Virus record (IMG/VR): IMGVR_UViG_3300024301_000013
Location: 7,758 to 71,757 of that record
DNA from: a virus
Reading direction: 5' to 3' (one strand)
DNA length: 64,000 nt
Positions within the stretch are counted from its first letter, which is position 1. Each line of letters begins with the position of its first letter. This document shows positions 51,554-59,870 of this stretch, piece by piece. The notes under the pieces are model-generated. The model ran no database searches, was not told where the DNA came from, and saw only the letters and a list, made by a program, of their open reading frames with translations. Both the position numbers and the translations under genes were made by a program.

Positions 51554-51991
51554 ATGAACAGCGTATTTGAACAAATTTTGAAGTATTTAGAACAGATGGA
51601 AAACAACAGTAGTACAAGCAGACGTAACTTGTATACGTCGCCTTATTATTTTGCATACGTTACTACTTATTCTTCAAATCCAGATGAAGATTTTAAAAAA
51701 TCTGAAGGTACTTTATCATTAGAGAAACAAATTTCAGAAAAGAAAATTGAAATGAAAAAGTTAGCTGAACAGGAGAAATTTGAAGAGGCTATTGTGTTAC
51801 AAAAGGAAATTGCTGGATTAAAAGCTGAATTAGAAATAGCTATCGAAACTGATAAAGAGAACCATGAAAAGAACAAAACTGCTCAAGAAATGTTAACAGA
51901 TTTAAGCGTTAAACTTAAAGAAGCTGTTGACAATGAAAATTATGAGGAAGCAGCGAAGCTAAGGGACCAGATTAAAGCTATCTCTAAGTAG
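51554..51991 (+). CDS. Protein with two UVR (UvrB/UvrC) coiled-coil motifs
   Basis: MKKLAEQEKFEEAIVLQKEI and LKEAVDNENYEEAAKLRDQI. Confidence 0.85.
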   Translation: MNSVFEQILKYLEQMENNSSTSRRNLYTSPYYFAYVTTYSSNPDEDFKKSEGTLSLEKQISEKKIEMKKLAEQEKFEEAIVLQKEIAGLKAELEIAIETDKENHEKNKTAQEMLTDLSVKLKEAVDNENYEEAAKLRDQIKAISK

Positions 51992-52095
51992 GAATGTAAG
52001 CGGGGGAAATGAAACAGTTACAATTTATTTAAACTTTAATTTACATATTTAAACATTTTTATTAATTTTTTTATAAGTTGTGTATATTTATATAT

Positions 52096-52695
52096 ATGGT
52101 AACAATAAAAGAAGCTAGTAAATTACTCGGTGTAACTCAAAAAACATTAAGACTTTGGGAAAAAGAAGGTAAAATCACCTCAAAAAGAACAGAAGGTGGG
52201 CACAGAAGATATGAAATATCTGATTTATTAAAAAACAATAAAGGTAAAGAATTAACTATTGTATATGCTAGAGTGAGTTCAATAGATCAAAAAGACGATC
52301 TAAAAAGACAAGAACTCGTGCTAGAAAGTTATTGTGCAAGTAAAGGCTATCAATATGAATTAATATCTGATTTAGGATCAGGTTTAAATTATAAAAAAAA
52401 GGGACTATTAAGATTAATAAAATTAATTTGTAGTCATGAAGTCGATAGACTAGTTCTAACCCACAAAGACAGATTATTAAGATTTGGTAGCGAGCTTATT
52501 TTTTCACTTTGTGAGCATTTTGGAGTTGAAGTTGTAATCATAAATAGAAGTGAAGATTCTTCATTTGAAGAAGATTTAACAAAAGATATTATGGATATAA
52601 TAACTGTATTTTCAGCTAGAATGTATGGTAGTAGAAGCCATAAAAATAAACAGATTGTAGAGCAATTAAAAAACATAGCTAATAATGCAATATAA
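52096..52695 (+). CDS. tnpA: IS607 transposase (MerR-like HTH + serine recombinase)
   Basis: IKEASKLLGV..TLRLWE..GGHRRY; YARVSS..QK.DL.RQ; HKDRLLRFG; start ATG 52096. Confidence 0.95.
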   Translation: MVTIKEASKLLGVTQKTLRLWEKEGKITSKRTEGGHRRYEISDLLKNNKGKELTIVYARVSSIDQKDDLKRQELVLESYCASKGYQYELISDLGSGLNYKKKGLLRLIKLICSHEVDRLVLTHKDRLLRFGSELIFSLCEHFGVEVVIINRSEDSSFEEDLTKDIMDIITVFSARMYGSRSHKNKQIVEQLKNIANNAI

Positions 52696-53908
52696 ATCAT
52701 ATAAAATAAGATTGGAACCAAATAATAAACAAGAAACCTTGTTTAATAAACATGCGGGCGTTGCCCGCCATGCTTATAATGTTGGTTTGGCTTATTCGAA
52801 TGATTATTATGAATTGAATAAAAAAACACCAAGTGCAATAGATCTTCATAAATGGTTGGTCGCAACCATAAAAAAAGATAACCCTTGGTATTACGAGGTT
52901 TCAAAGTGTGCTCCGCAAAAGGCTTTAATAGACTTGGAGACCGCTTTTAAAAACTTCTATCGCTTGCAAAAGAAAAACAGTTACAAATTAAAAGATAAAA
53001 AAGGTCGCTTGCAAGGATTACCGAAATTCAAAAAGAAAGGGATTAGAGATAAATTTTATCTTGAAGGAAGTGTAAGAATCCAAAACAACAAAATAAAATT
53101 ACCAAGAATTGGTTGGGTTAAATTATCTGAAAACACACCTGCAACAGCAATAAAAAATTGCACCGTTAGTAGAGTAGCAAACGAATGGTTCGTATCATTC
53201 AAAACAGAATACACCACAAAAACAACCCCTAAAAAATTCAAATCGGTTGGTGTGGATTTGGGGGTTAAAACACTTGCAACATTAAGCAATGGTGAAACAT
53301 TTCAAAACTTAACCCCATACAAAAAAGCAAAGAGTAAATTAAGAAAGCAACAGAAAGAAGTTAGTAGAAGATTTGTAAGAGGTGCCAAAAACCAAAGCAA
53401 CAATTACAAAAAGTCTGTACTAAAACTTGCAAAAATACATGCCAAGGTAGCAAATGTAAGGAAAGACTCCTTGCATAAACTAACCTCATATTTGTCAAAG
53501 AACTTTGAAACAGTTGTCATCGAAGATTTGAAACCAAAAAATATGGCTAAAAATCATAATTTGGCTTCAGCAATTCTCGATGGGGGATTTTTTGAGTTCA
53601 AGAGACAACTGTTATACAAAAAACAGTGGTATGGTGGTTCGATTATAATTGCAAACACCTTTTACCCAAGTTCAAAACTTTGTTCTTGTTGCGGAAACAA
53701 AAAAGAAAAGTTAAAACTTTCTGAAAGAGAATACACTTGTTACAATTGCGCTGTCACTTTAGACAGAGACTTAAACGCAAGTGTTAACCTAAATAATTTG
53801 GCGGTGAGCTTCACCGCAACAGCCTTTGGAGATGAGAGTACAAACCCTTTAGGGTTTCAGCTTGTCGATGAATTAGGAATCAAACATCAAATGTTTACAT
53901 TTGTATAA
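52685..53908 (+). CDS. tnpB: TnpB RNA-guided endonuclease
   Basis: RuvC GVDLG / VIEDL / DRDLNA all intact; zinc finger CSCC..CYNC. Confidence 0.95.
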   Translation: MQYKSYKIRLEPNNKQETLFNKHAGVARHAYNVGLAYSNDYYELNKKTPSAIDLHKWLVATIKKDNPWYYEVSKCAPQKALIDLETAFKNFYRLQKKNSYKLKDKKGRLQGLPKFKKKGIRDKFYLEGSVRIQNNKIKLPRIGWVKLSENTPATAIKNCTVSRVANEWFVSFKTEYTTKTTPKKFKSVGVDLGVKTLATLSNGETFQNLTPYKKAKSKLRKQQKEVSRRFVRGAKNQSNNYKKSVLKLAKIHAKVANVRKDSLHKLTSYLSKNFETVVIEDLKPKNMAKNHNLASAILDGGFFEFKRQLLYKKQWYGGSIIIANTFYPSSKLCSCCGNKKEKLKLSEREYTCYNCAVTLDRDLNASVNLNNLAVSFTATAFGDESTNPLGFQLVDELGIKHQMFTFV

Positions 53909-54093
53909 GTTTTGAAGAGCGGATATTTGAACCCCCGCTTATTTATTAATAATGAAACAAACAAAAATTAAGTCACAAATTCTACGAATTTTCACTCCCA
54001 ACGCTTTAATATATTATTATGAAAACTGTATTAATGATCAGGTTTGTGCGTTGTTAGGAGCTATTTACATAACATTTAAAGAAAACAAAAAAA

Positions 54094-54543
54094 ATGGTAA
54101 AAAAACTAGCAGGCTTATTAGCCACGATTTTATTAGTAGGTTGCTTTTCGCCGTCCACCCCAAAAACAGAAAATCCCTCCTTAGTAAACTTCAAAGGTCA
54201 GGTTTACTCAAGTAGCCAAGGGTTAAAAAAATATGGTGATGATGTTCAACATATAGATGAAGCAGAAAGCCTAATTTATGTTTCAGATTCTACTATATAT
54301 GTCAAACTACCATATAATCTGTTAGCCTTTTCAAGTTTAAATAAAGAAGAATATGAAGGCTTGGTTGTAAAGCAGCAACTATACAAAATAGATAGTTTAA
54401 GCGATATAACAGAAAAGGTTTATCGTAATAATGCTTATCTGTTAATATCTGAAAAAGGTCATTCGACCCCTAACCCAAATACTACAATTTCTTTGTCTAT
54501 CCCAGATACAACCTATTTCTTTTACGATTGCGTAAAAAAATAA
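54094..54543 (+). CDS. Putative lipoprotein
   Basis: MVKKLAGLLATILLVG-C lipobox. Confidence 0.7.
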   Translation: MVKKLAGLLATILLVGCFSPSTPKTENPSLVNFKGQVYSSSQGLKKYGDDVQHIDEAESLIYVSDSTIYVKLPYNLLAFSSLNKEEYEGLVVKQQLYKIDSLSDITEKVYRNNAYLLISEKGHSTPNPNTTISLSIPDTTYFFYDCVKK

Positions 54544-54552
54544 CAAAAAAGT

Positions 54553-54584
54553 TTTGATAAATGTAAATAAAAGCCGTATCTTTG
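54553..54584 (+). promoter_or_regulatory. Bacteroidota sigma70-type promoter
   Basis: TTTG-N20-TATCTTTG before ATG 54596. Confidence 0.7.
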
Positions 54585-54595
54585 TAGCAAAAGAT

Positions 54596-55129
54596 ATGGC
54601 TTTTATGTTAGATTATATTTTATTATTTATATTGATATTATTTTTTTTATTATTCGTATTACAGAATGAGTTTAAATTAAAACTGTTTGATACTTTAGTT
54701 GATAATATTAAAGTATCTATATTTCCTCCTTCTTTTGTATCTGAAGATAATCTTTATTTTTATAAAGGTTATTTTCATTTAATTTATGAAAGGGATATAT
54801 CTTCTAAAAACAGAACTAGGTCTTTAATTTTATATTTTAGTAATAAAAAATATCAACCAGATAACTTAGTAAAATGCCTTAGTTTTCATCAAAGTTTAAA
54901 CAGCGTTACTTTAGCTTGTTTCGAAAATGATAAATTAGATCACTTAGATCTGCTTCTTTGTATAGATGAATTAAAGAAATGGATGGAGAACAACAAATAT
55001 GAAGATGCGTTTATTTATATACCGTTAAATGAATCCTTCGAACCATCTCACATAACAGACGAAGCAAAAGAAATTATTTATTCAGAATTTAAACGAAATT
55101 TTACAAATAAAATCCACATTATCAATTAA
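54596..55129 (+). CDS. Membrane-anchored hypothetical protein
   Basis: N-terminal TM; start ATG 54596 after promoter. Confidence 0.6.
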   Translation: MAFMLDYILLFILILFFLLFVLQNEFKLKLFDTLVDNIKVSIFPPSFVSEDNLYFYKGYFHLIYERDISSKNRTRSLILYFSNKKYQPDNLVKCLSFHQSLNSVTLACFENDKLDHLDLLLCIDELKKWMENNKYEDAFIYIPLNESFEPSHITDEAKEIIYSEFKRNFTNKIHIIN

Positions 55130-55133
55130 TATT

Positions 55134-55475
55134 ATGAAAGTATTTAATTTATTGTTAGCCATTGGCTTTGCTTATATGTTTTTATCTGAATGGAATGATT
55201 TGGATATGCGTTTCAAAAAAGAGCAAGAATTAAAATATGAAATAGTATCAGTCTCTAAAGCTGAAGGTGATTTAGCTAAATTGACTATAAAAGATTTAAA
55301 AACGAAAAAAGAATATGACTTGAGAGTGGATTATTCTTATAAGGATATTAAGAAAATGAATCTTTCAAATAAGAATATTAAAGTGGTAAATTCCTTATAC
55401 GCTAACAACTACGGTAAGAAAGAATTAAAGTTTCAGTACGTTGTAATTAAAGATAAAAAAGTAGATGTTTTATAA
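55134..55475 (+). CDS. Hypothetical protein with N-terminal signal/TM
   Basis: ORF track. Confidence 0.6.
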   Translation: MKVFNLLLAIGFAYMFLSEWNDLDMRFKKEQELKYEIVSVSKAEGDLAKLTIKDLKTKKEYDLRVDYSYKDIKKMNLSNKNIKVVNSLYANNYGKKELKFQYVVIKDKKVDVL

Positions 55476-55508
55476 TTTGGAATATTTATCAAAAAAGCTA
55501 TTTTTTTA

Positions 55509-56378
55509 ATGAAATTACCAGATAACTACGAGGATTTAATAAAATCAATGCCTTTAGACCTGAAGGAATTGTTATTTAAGCAATGGGGTGCAAAACAGAA
55601 TCCAAAATACCATCCAGAGGGTAACACCTTGAAACATATAATCTATGTTTTAAGAAGGGCTTACAGGGATTACCCTGATGAGCCCAATGTTATTTTAGCT
55701 GCATTATTCCACGACTTAGGTAAAATGGATACCTACGAAATTAGTCCTAAAACAGGTCAACCAACGGCTTACAAACATGAAAAGGTTTCAGCTGAAATAG
55801 TTGATAAATTTGCTTCTTGGATTAATTCTTTTGAGGATACCGATGCGGATGAAGTAAACTATTTGGTTCGTAACCACATGTTAATGAAGCCTGAAACTTG
55901 GGGCCAAATGAAGGACAAGAAAAAGAAAGTGGTAACAGATGATCCAGCGTTTTCTAAGTTAGAAAAATTTGCTAAGATTGATAAGGGAGGTGTTGATGAG
56001 AGCATGCACTTTTCGCCGTCCAAAGAAATAACCCTCACAGAACGCTCTGTAATAGAGAATTTAATTGAGTATTGTAATATGATGCAAGATGAGGTAGAAG
56101 TCCTCACAGAAGCAGAATATAAAGGAAAGAAGGTATCTCTAAACAAACCTATGAGAGGAGATGTAAAGAAATACAAGGTTTATGTGAAGAACCCTAAAAC
56201 AGGAAAGATTATCAAGGTTAATTTCGGGGATAAAAATATGGAAATCAGAAGAGACAACCCCAAAAGAAGAAAGAGCTTTAGAGCAAGACATAAGTGCGAT
56301 ACTAGAAAAGATAAAACAACTGCAAGCTATTGGAGTTGCAAATTTTGGAGTTCAAAACCTGTTAGTGACTTATTATGA
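55509..56378 (+). CDS. HD phosphohydrolase fused to a basic phage domain
   Basis: QNPKYHPEG..H, AALFHDLGK, HEKVSA, NHM; C-terminal KKYKVYV..VNFGD..RRKSFRARH.C..YWSC. Confidence 0.8.
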   Translation: MKLPDNYEDLIKSMPLDLKELLFKQWGAKQNPKYHPEGNTLKHIIYVLRRAYRDYPDEPNVILAALFHDLGKMDTYEISPKTGQPTAYKHEKVSAEIVDKFASWINSFEDTDADEVNYLVRNHMLMKPETWGQMKDKKKKVVTDDPAFSKLEKFAKIDKGGVDESMHFSPSKEITLTERSVIENLIEYCNMMQDEVEVLTEAEYKGKKVSLNKPMRGDVKKYKVYVKNPKTGKIIKVNFGDKNMEIRRDNPKRRKSFRARHKCDTRKDKTTASYWSCKFWSSKPVSDLL

Positions 56379-57151
56379 AAAAAATAATATTAGAAGCCAC
56401 CTACGAAATATTAAACGACGTTGAATACATATTTAACAAGTCAGGGTATGCTGATTTTTTAGAAAAATTTAATTCAACAGAAGATTTAGATGAAAAAAGG
56501 GAGTTAGCCGATTCCTTTGACGGAGCTGAAATTAAAAGTTCTGATTTACCCTCTGAAGAAGCAAAAAGAGCGGATAAAATTAATCCGATAGTTATAACAA
56601 ATAATATAACATATCGGGGTAACTATTATAATACACTAGAAAAAGTCATTAATATTTCAGCAAACAAAAATGTAATTGATATTATTGTAGAAGATGAAGT
56701 TGATTCGTTGCATCCATCAAGTTTAACTACTTTTTGGAATGAATTAACTCCAACTAGAATAAAAGCATCTATCTACCACGAATTAACTCACTGGTTAGAC
56801 GATACGTTTAATAACCAAGTTATATATAGGCAAATCAAAAAAACAATAGATACTGGAAAAAGTAAATATAAAAATCTGAATAAAAAAGATGTAAACATGA
56901 CGCATTACGAAGTCAATGCTCAAATACATGCAATAAAAATGTTTAAAAAAGAGCATGAAGAAGAATGGGACGAATGGGATTTGAAAGATTTGTTTGTGAA
57001 ATATACATCTTTGAAAAGTATATATGATAAAATCAAATCTAACTATGGAGAGCATGAATTAAAAAAGTGGTTGAAAGATTTATTAAGTAGGATGAATAGA
57101 GAAAACTTACTCGGTGAAAAAATGAAAAAGTCTGTTTTAAATTTTTATTGA
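56375..57151 (+). CDS. HExxH zinc-metalloprotease-like protein
   Basis: IYHELTHWLD and downstream EVNA. Confidence 0.6.
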   Translation: MKKIILEATYEILNDVEYIFNKSGYADFLEKFNSTEDLDEKRELADSFDGAEIKSSDLPSEEAKRADKINPIVITNNITYRGNYYNTLEKVINISANKNVIDIIVEDEVDSLHPSSLTTFWNELTPTRIKASIYHELTHWLDDTFNNQVIYRQIKKTIDTGKSKYKNLNKKDVNMTHYEVNAQIHAIKMFKKEHEEEWDEWDLKDLFVKYTSLKSIYDKIKSNYGEHELKKWLKDLLSRMNRENLLGEKMKKSVLNFY

Positions 57152-57169
57152 TAATTTTTTAAAAAAATA

Positions 57170-57202
57170 TTTGGAATTTAGAATCGAATAGTCTTATCTT
57201 TG
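57170..57202 (+). promoter_or_regulatory. Bacteroidota sigma70-type promoter
   Basis: TTTG-N21-TATCTTTG before ATG 57210. Confidence 0.75.
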
Positions 57203-57209
57203 CATCACT

Positions 57210-58163
57210 ATGAAAGATACAAAATTACTATTCGAAGCCATTAGTGGTAGCATCAGTTACAATACTGATATTCAAACATCAGATATTGACAAGAAATTCG
57301 TTTACGCTCAACATCCTGAAGAAGTCCTTGGATTCAACTATGTCGAACAGATGAATGTTGATAAGGATACTACGGGGTATGAGGTACGTCGTTTCTTGGA
57401 GCAATTGGAAAAAGGTAATCCCAACTTGCTTGAGCTTTTATTTACTAGCGACAACTTTATTTTACACATGGATCCTGCTTTCAAATTACTGATTGAGAAC
57501 AGGGATAGATTTCTTACAAAGAAAATTAAAAATTCTTTCTTAGGTTTCGCAGTCCAAAACCTAAAAAAACCTAACGTATCTAATATAATAGATAATGCTC
57601 TAAACTCTGCTTATGTTATTACAGAAAAGAATTCAGAGAAAATACCCTTTTTAAATCTATTAGATGGCGGCAAATATGCTTTAGAAAACTTTGGTATTGT
57701 AAAATCCGAATCAATCCATCCTTATCATACAAAGATATACAATATATACTTCAAAAAAACGAAGATGTATAAAGGTTTTTTTGATAGTGATGGGAAGATT
57801 ATTGAGTCTTATATACCTTTAGGTGAAAAACCTTTGGGGGTAATTCATTTATCTAATAATAGGGTTGTAATAGACAATGATGGATATTTGGTAAACGGGA
57901 AATATATTATGCACTCTAAACGCCTTTTAGATATGGTAGATGAGATGTTAAATAAAGGTGAGTTTTCTGTTTACAGAGAGAATAGAGATGAATTATTAGA
58001 TATACGATTTGGTAATTTTCATGTTGATAAATTAATTAATCAATTGGAAAAGCAGATTAAGAGGTTGGACGGCGAATTCGAGAGGGCTAATCTTCCAGAA
58101 GTAGTAGATAAAGAATTTTTACATAAAATCCTTATACAAATAAGAAATAATATAAATTGGTAA
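57210..58163 (+). CDS. Pol-beta superfamily nucleotidyltransferase (YcgL/RlaP-like)
   Basis: SGSISY..TSDID, YEVRRF..GNPNLLELLF, H..RLL, LLDIR.G. Confidence 0.8.
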   Translation: MKDTKLLFEAISGSISYNTDIQTSDIDKKFVYAQHPEEVLGFNYVEQMNVDKDTTGYEVRRFLEQLEKGNPNLLELLFTSDNFILHMDPAFKLLIENRDRFLTKKIKNSFLGFAVQNLKKPNVSNIIDNALNSAYVITEKNSEKIPFLNLLDGGKYALENFGIVKSESIHPYHTKIYNIYFKKTKMYKGFFDSDGKIIESYIPLGEKPLGVIHLSNNRVVIDNDGYLVNGKYIMHSKRLLDMVDEMLNKGEFSVYRENRDELLDIRFGNFHVDKLINQLEKQIKRLDGEFERANLPEVVDKEFLHKILIQIRNNINW

Positions 58164-58166
58164 TAT

Positions 58167-58982
58167 ATGGATCACAAAGCATTAAGGTACAATCTAGGGA
58201 AACTAAGATATGACTTAGTTAGCCCACAAGCCTATGAAGGTCTTGTTAGGGTTATGACAAAGGGTGCAGAAAAATATGAGCCCCGTAACTGGGAAAGAGG
58301 ATTCTCTTGGAGCTCCGTTTTAGCATCTTTAAAAAGACATTTAGCAGCTTATGAATCAGGTGAAGATTACGACCCTGAAACAGGTGAACTACACATTGAT
58401 CACCTTCAAGCTAACGCACATTTTTTAAGCGCATTTTATCATATCTATCCTCAAGGGGATGATAGACGCGCTTGGTACAAATTACCCTTTAAAAGGGTTT
58501 ATTGTGATTTGGACGGCGTATTGGCTGATTTTGAAAAACACTTTCTAAGTTATCTTAAATTAGATTTAGATTCCCCTACGGATTGGAATGACCCTCGTTT
58601 CAGGGATAACTTTGCTAAAATTGCTAACGACGATGAATTTTGGCTCACGCTACCAACAATTATTGACCCTTCGGAAATATCATATCCTATATCTGGATAT
58701 GTAACGTCACGACCATGCAGCGATGAAGTAATTCAAAAATGGCTTGATGTTAATGGATTCCCAAAGGTTCAAATGATTAATGTTAATGGCGATAAAAAAT
58801 CAATTGTTTTAAAGGATATTTGTGATGTCTTCATTGATGACTCCATTTATAATTTTATTGATTGCCATTCTAACGGTATTACTTGTTTCTTAATGACCAG
58901 ACCACATAATCAAAAGTATGAAGTGGGACATTACAGAGTGAATAACTTCAGCGAATTTCTAAAAAAACTTAAACATGGATAA
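58167..58982 (+). CDS. dATP/dGTP diphosphohydrolase (DUF5664-like) fused to HAD 5'-nucleotidase
   Basis: GKLRYDL..GAEKY..RNWERG..RH..DPETGELH..H; then DLDGVLADF, VTSR, FIDD. Confidence 0.85.
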   Translation: MDHKALRYNLGKLRYDLVSPQAYEGLVRVMTKGAEKYEPRNWERGFSWSSVLASLKRHLAAYESGEDYDPETGELHIDHLQANAHFLSAFYHIYPQGDDRRAWYKLPFKRVYCDLDGVLADFEKHFLSYLKLDLDSPTDWNDPRFRDNFAKIANDDEFWLTLPTIIDPSEISYPISGYVTSRPCSDEVIQKWLDVNGFPKVQMINVNGDKKSIVLKDICDVFIDDSIYNFIDCHSNGITCFLMTRPHNQKYEVGHYRVNNFSEFLKKLKHG

Positions 58983-59205
58983 TAAAATTTTAAAAAATCT
59001 TGCAATTATAGGTTTAGTTATTGGAATTATTTACCTATATTTCGAATTATTACCTTACATAACAATCTTTGTATCTTGTTTGCTTTGGGGTTTGTTGCTT
59101 TATTTCTTAATTGAAATATTCAATCAGCGAAAGACTGTTAACGATTGTTTAAATCAATGCAAAGAATGGGGAGGTAATGTAAAAACCTTTTTTTTTGGTA
59201 AATAA
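58975..59205 (+). CDS. Small membrane protein
   Basis: Two TM helices. Confidence 0.6.
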   Translation: MDNKILKNLAIIGLVIGIIYLYFELLPYITIFVSCLLWGLLLYFLIEIFNQRKTVNDCLNQCKEWGGNVKTFFFGK

Positions 59206-59220
59206 ACTTTTCGCCGTCCA

Positions 59221-59598
59221 ATGCCAAACAACAATATTAAAAATATTCTATTAATAATAAACTTTGGCTTAATAGCAATATCCCTATTCTTATTTAATAA
59301 TTTCGCTTTCCTTTATGTTTTTATATTCCTAACAATACTCTCATTATCGTTAGTAGAATTAAAAAAACAAGATAAATTGATTATAAACCATCAAATAAAT
59401 TTTATTAAGATTGATGATGACTTATATGAAATCAGAGAAAATGAAATCAATAAATTGGGCACCCTAATCAAAAAAGAAATAAATGAATTCTTCTTTTGGT
59501 TTTATTGTGGAGATAAAGATATAATATTAAGCCCTTTACAAATGGATTATATTAACCAAAAATTAAAAATTTTAAACAATACAAATTATGGAAATTAA
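59221..59598 (+). CDS. Membrane protein
   Basis: Two N-terminal TM helices. Confidence 0.55.
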   Translation: MPNNNIKNILLIINFGLIAISLFLFNNFAFLYVFIFLTILSLSLVELKKQDKLIINHQINFIKIDDDLYEIRENEINKLGTLIKKEINEFFFWFYCGDKDIILSPLQMDYINQKLKILNNTNYGN

Positions 59599-59860
59599 CC
59601 TCATTACAGCATTCTTATCAGGCATTCTTGTCTGCTTCATCGTTGGATTATTTATCCACATTTTACTTAAATTAAAAGAATACGGAATCAAACTTAAAGT
59701 GCATGAACAGACTTTAGAAGCAATAAATGAAAATGTAAATTATAATCGTCTTGATGCAAAAGAAGTTGAGAAGGATCTTTTGGATTTACATAGACAAACC
59801 CATGAAAGGATTTCAACCCTTGAAGAGTTGATAAAATCACAGAAACAAATAATTATGTAA
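59588..59860 (+). CDS. Membrane-anchored coiled-coil protein
   Basis: N-terminal TM plus coiled coil. Confidence 0.6.
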   Translation: MEINLITAFLSGILVCFIVGLFIHILLKLKEYGIKLKVHEQTLEAINENVNYNRLDAKEVEKDLLDLHRQTHERISTLEELIKSQKQIIM

Positions 59861-59870
59861 AAAAAATATA

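Larger units (their letters stand above)
52007..53922 (+). mobile_element. IS607-family insertion sequence (1916 bp), inserted at GG
   Basis: tnpA serine recombinase plus tnpB; GG at both junctions; removal restores the hairpin TAAGCGGGGG-ATATTTGAA-CCCCCGCTTA. Confidence 0.92.

Noticed and set aside
53952-54215. 87-aa ORF right of the IS
   Set aside because: It overlaps the lipoprotein gene by about 120 nt and has no recognisable motif; it may be real but is unsupported.
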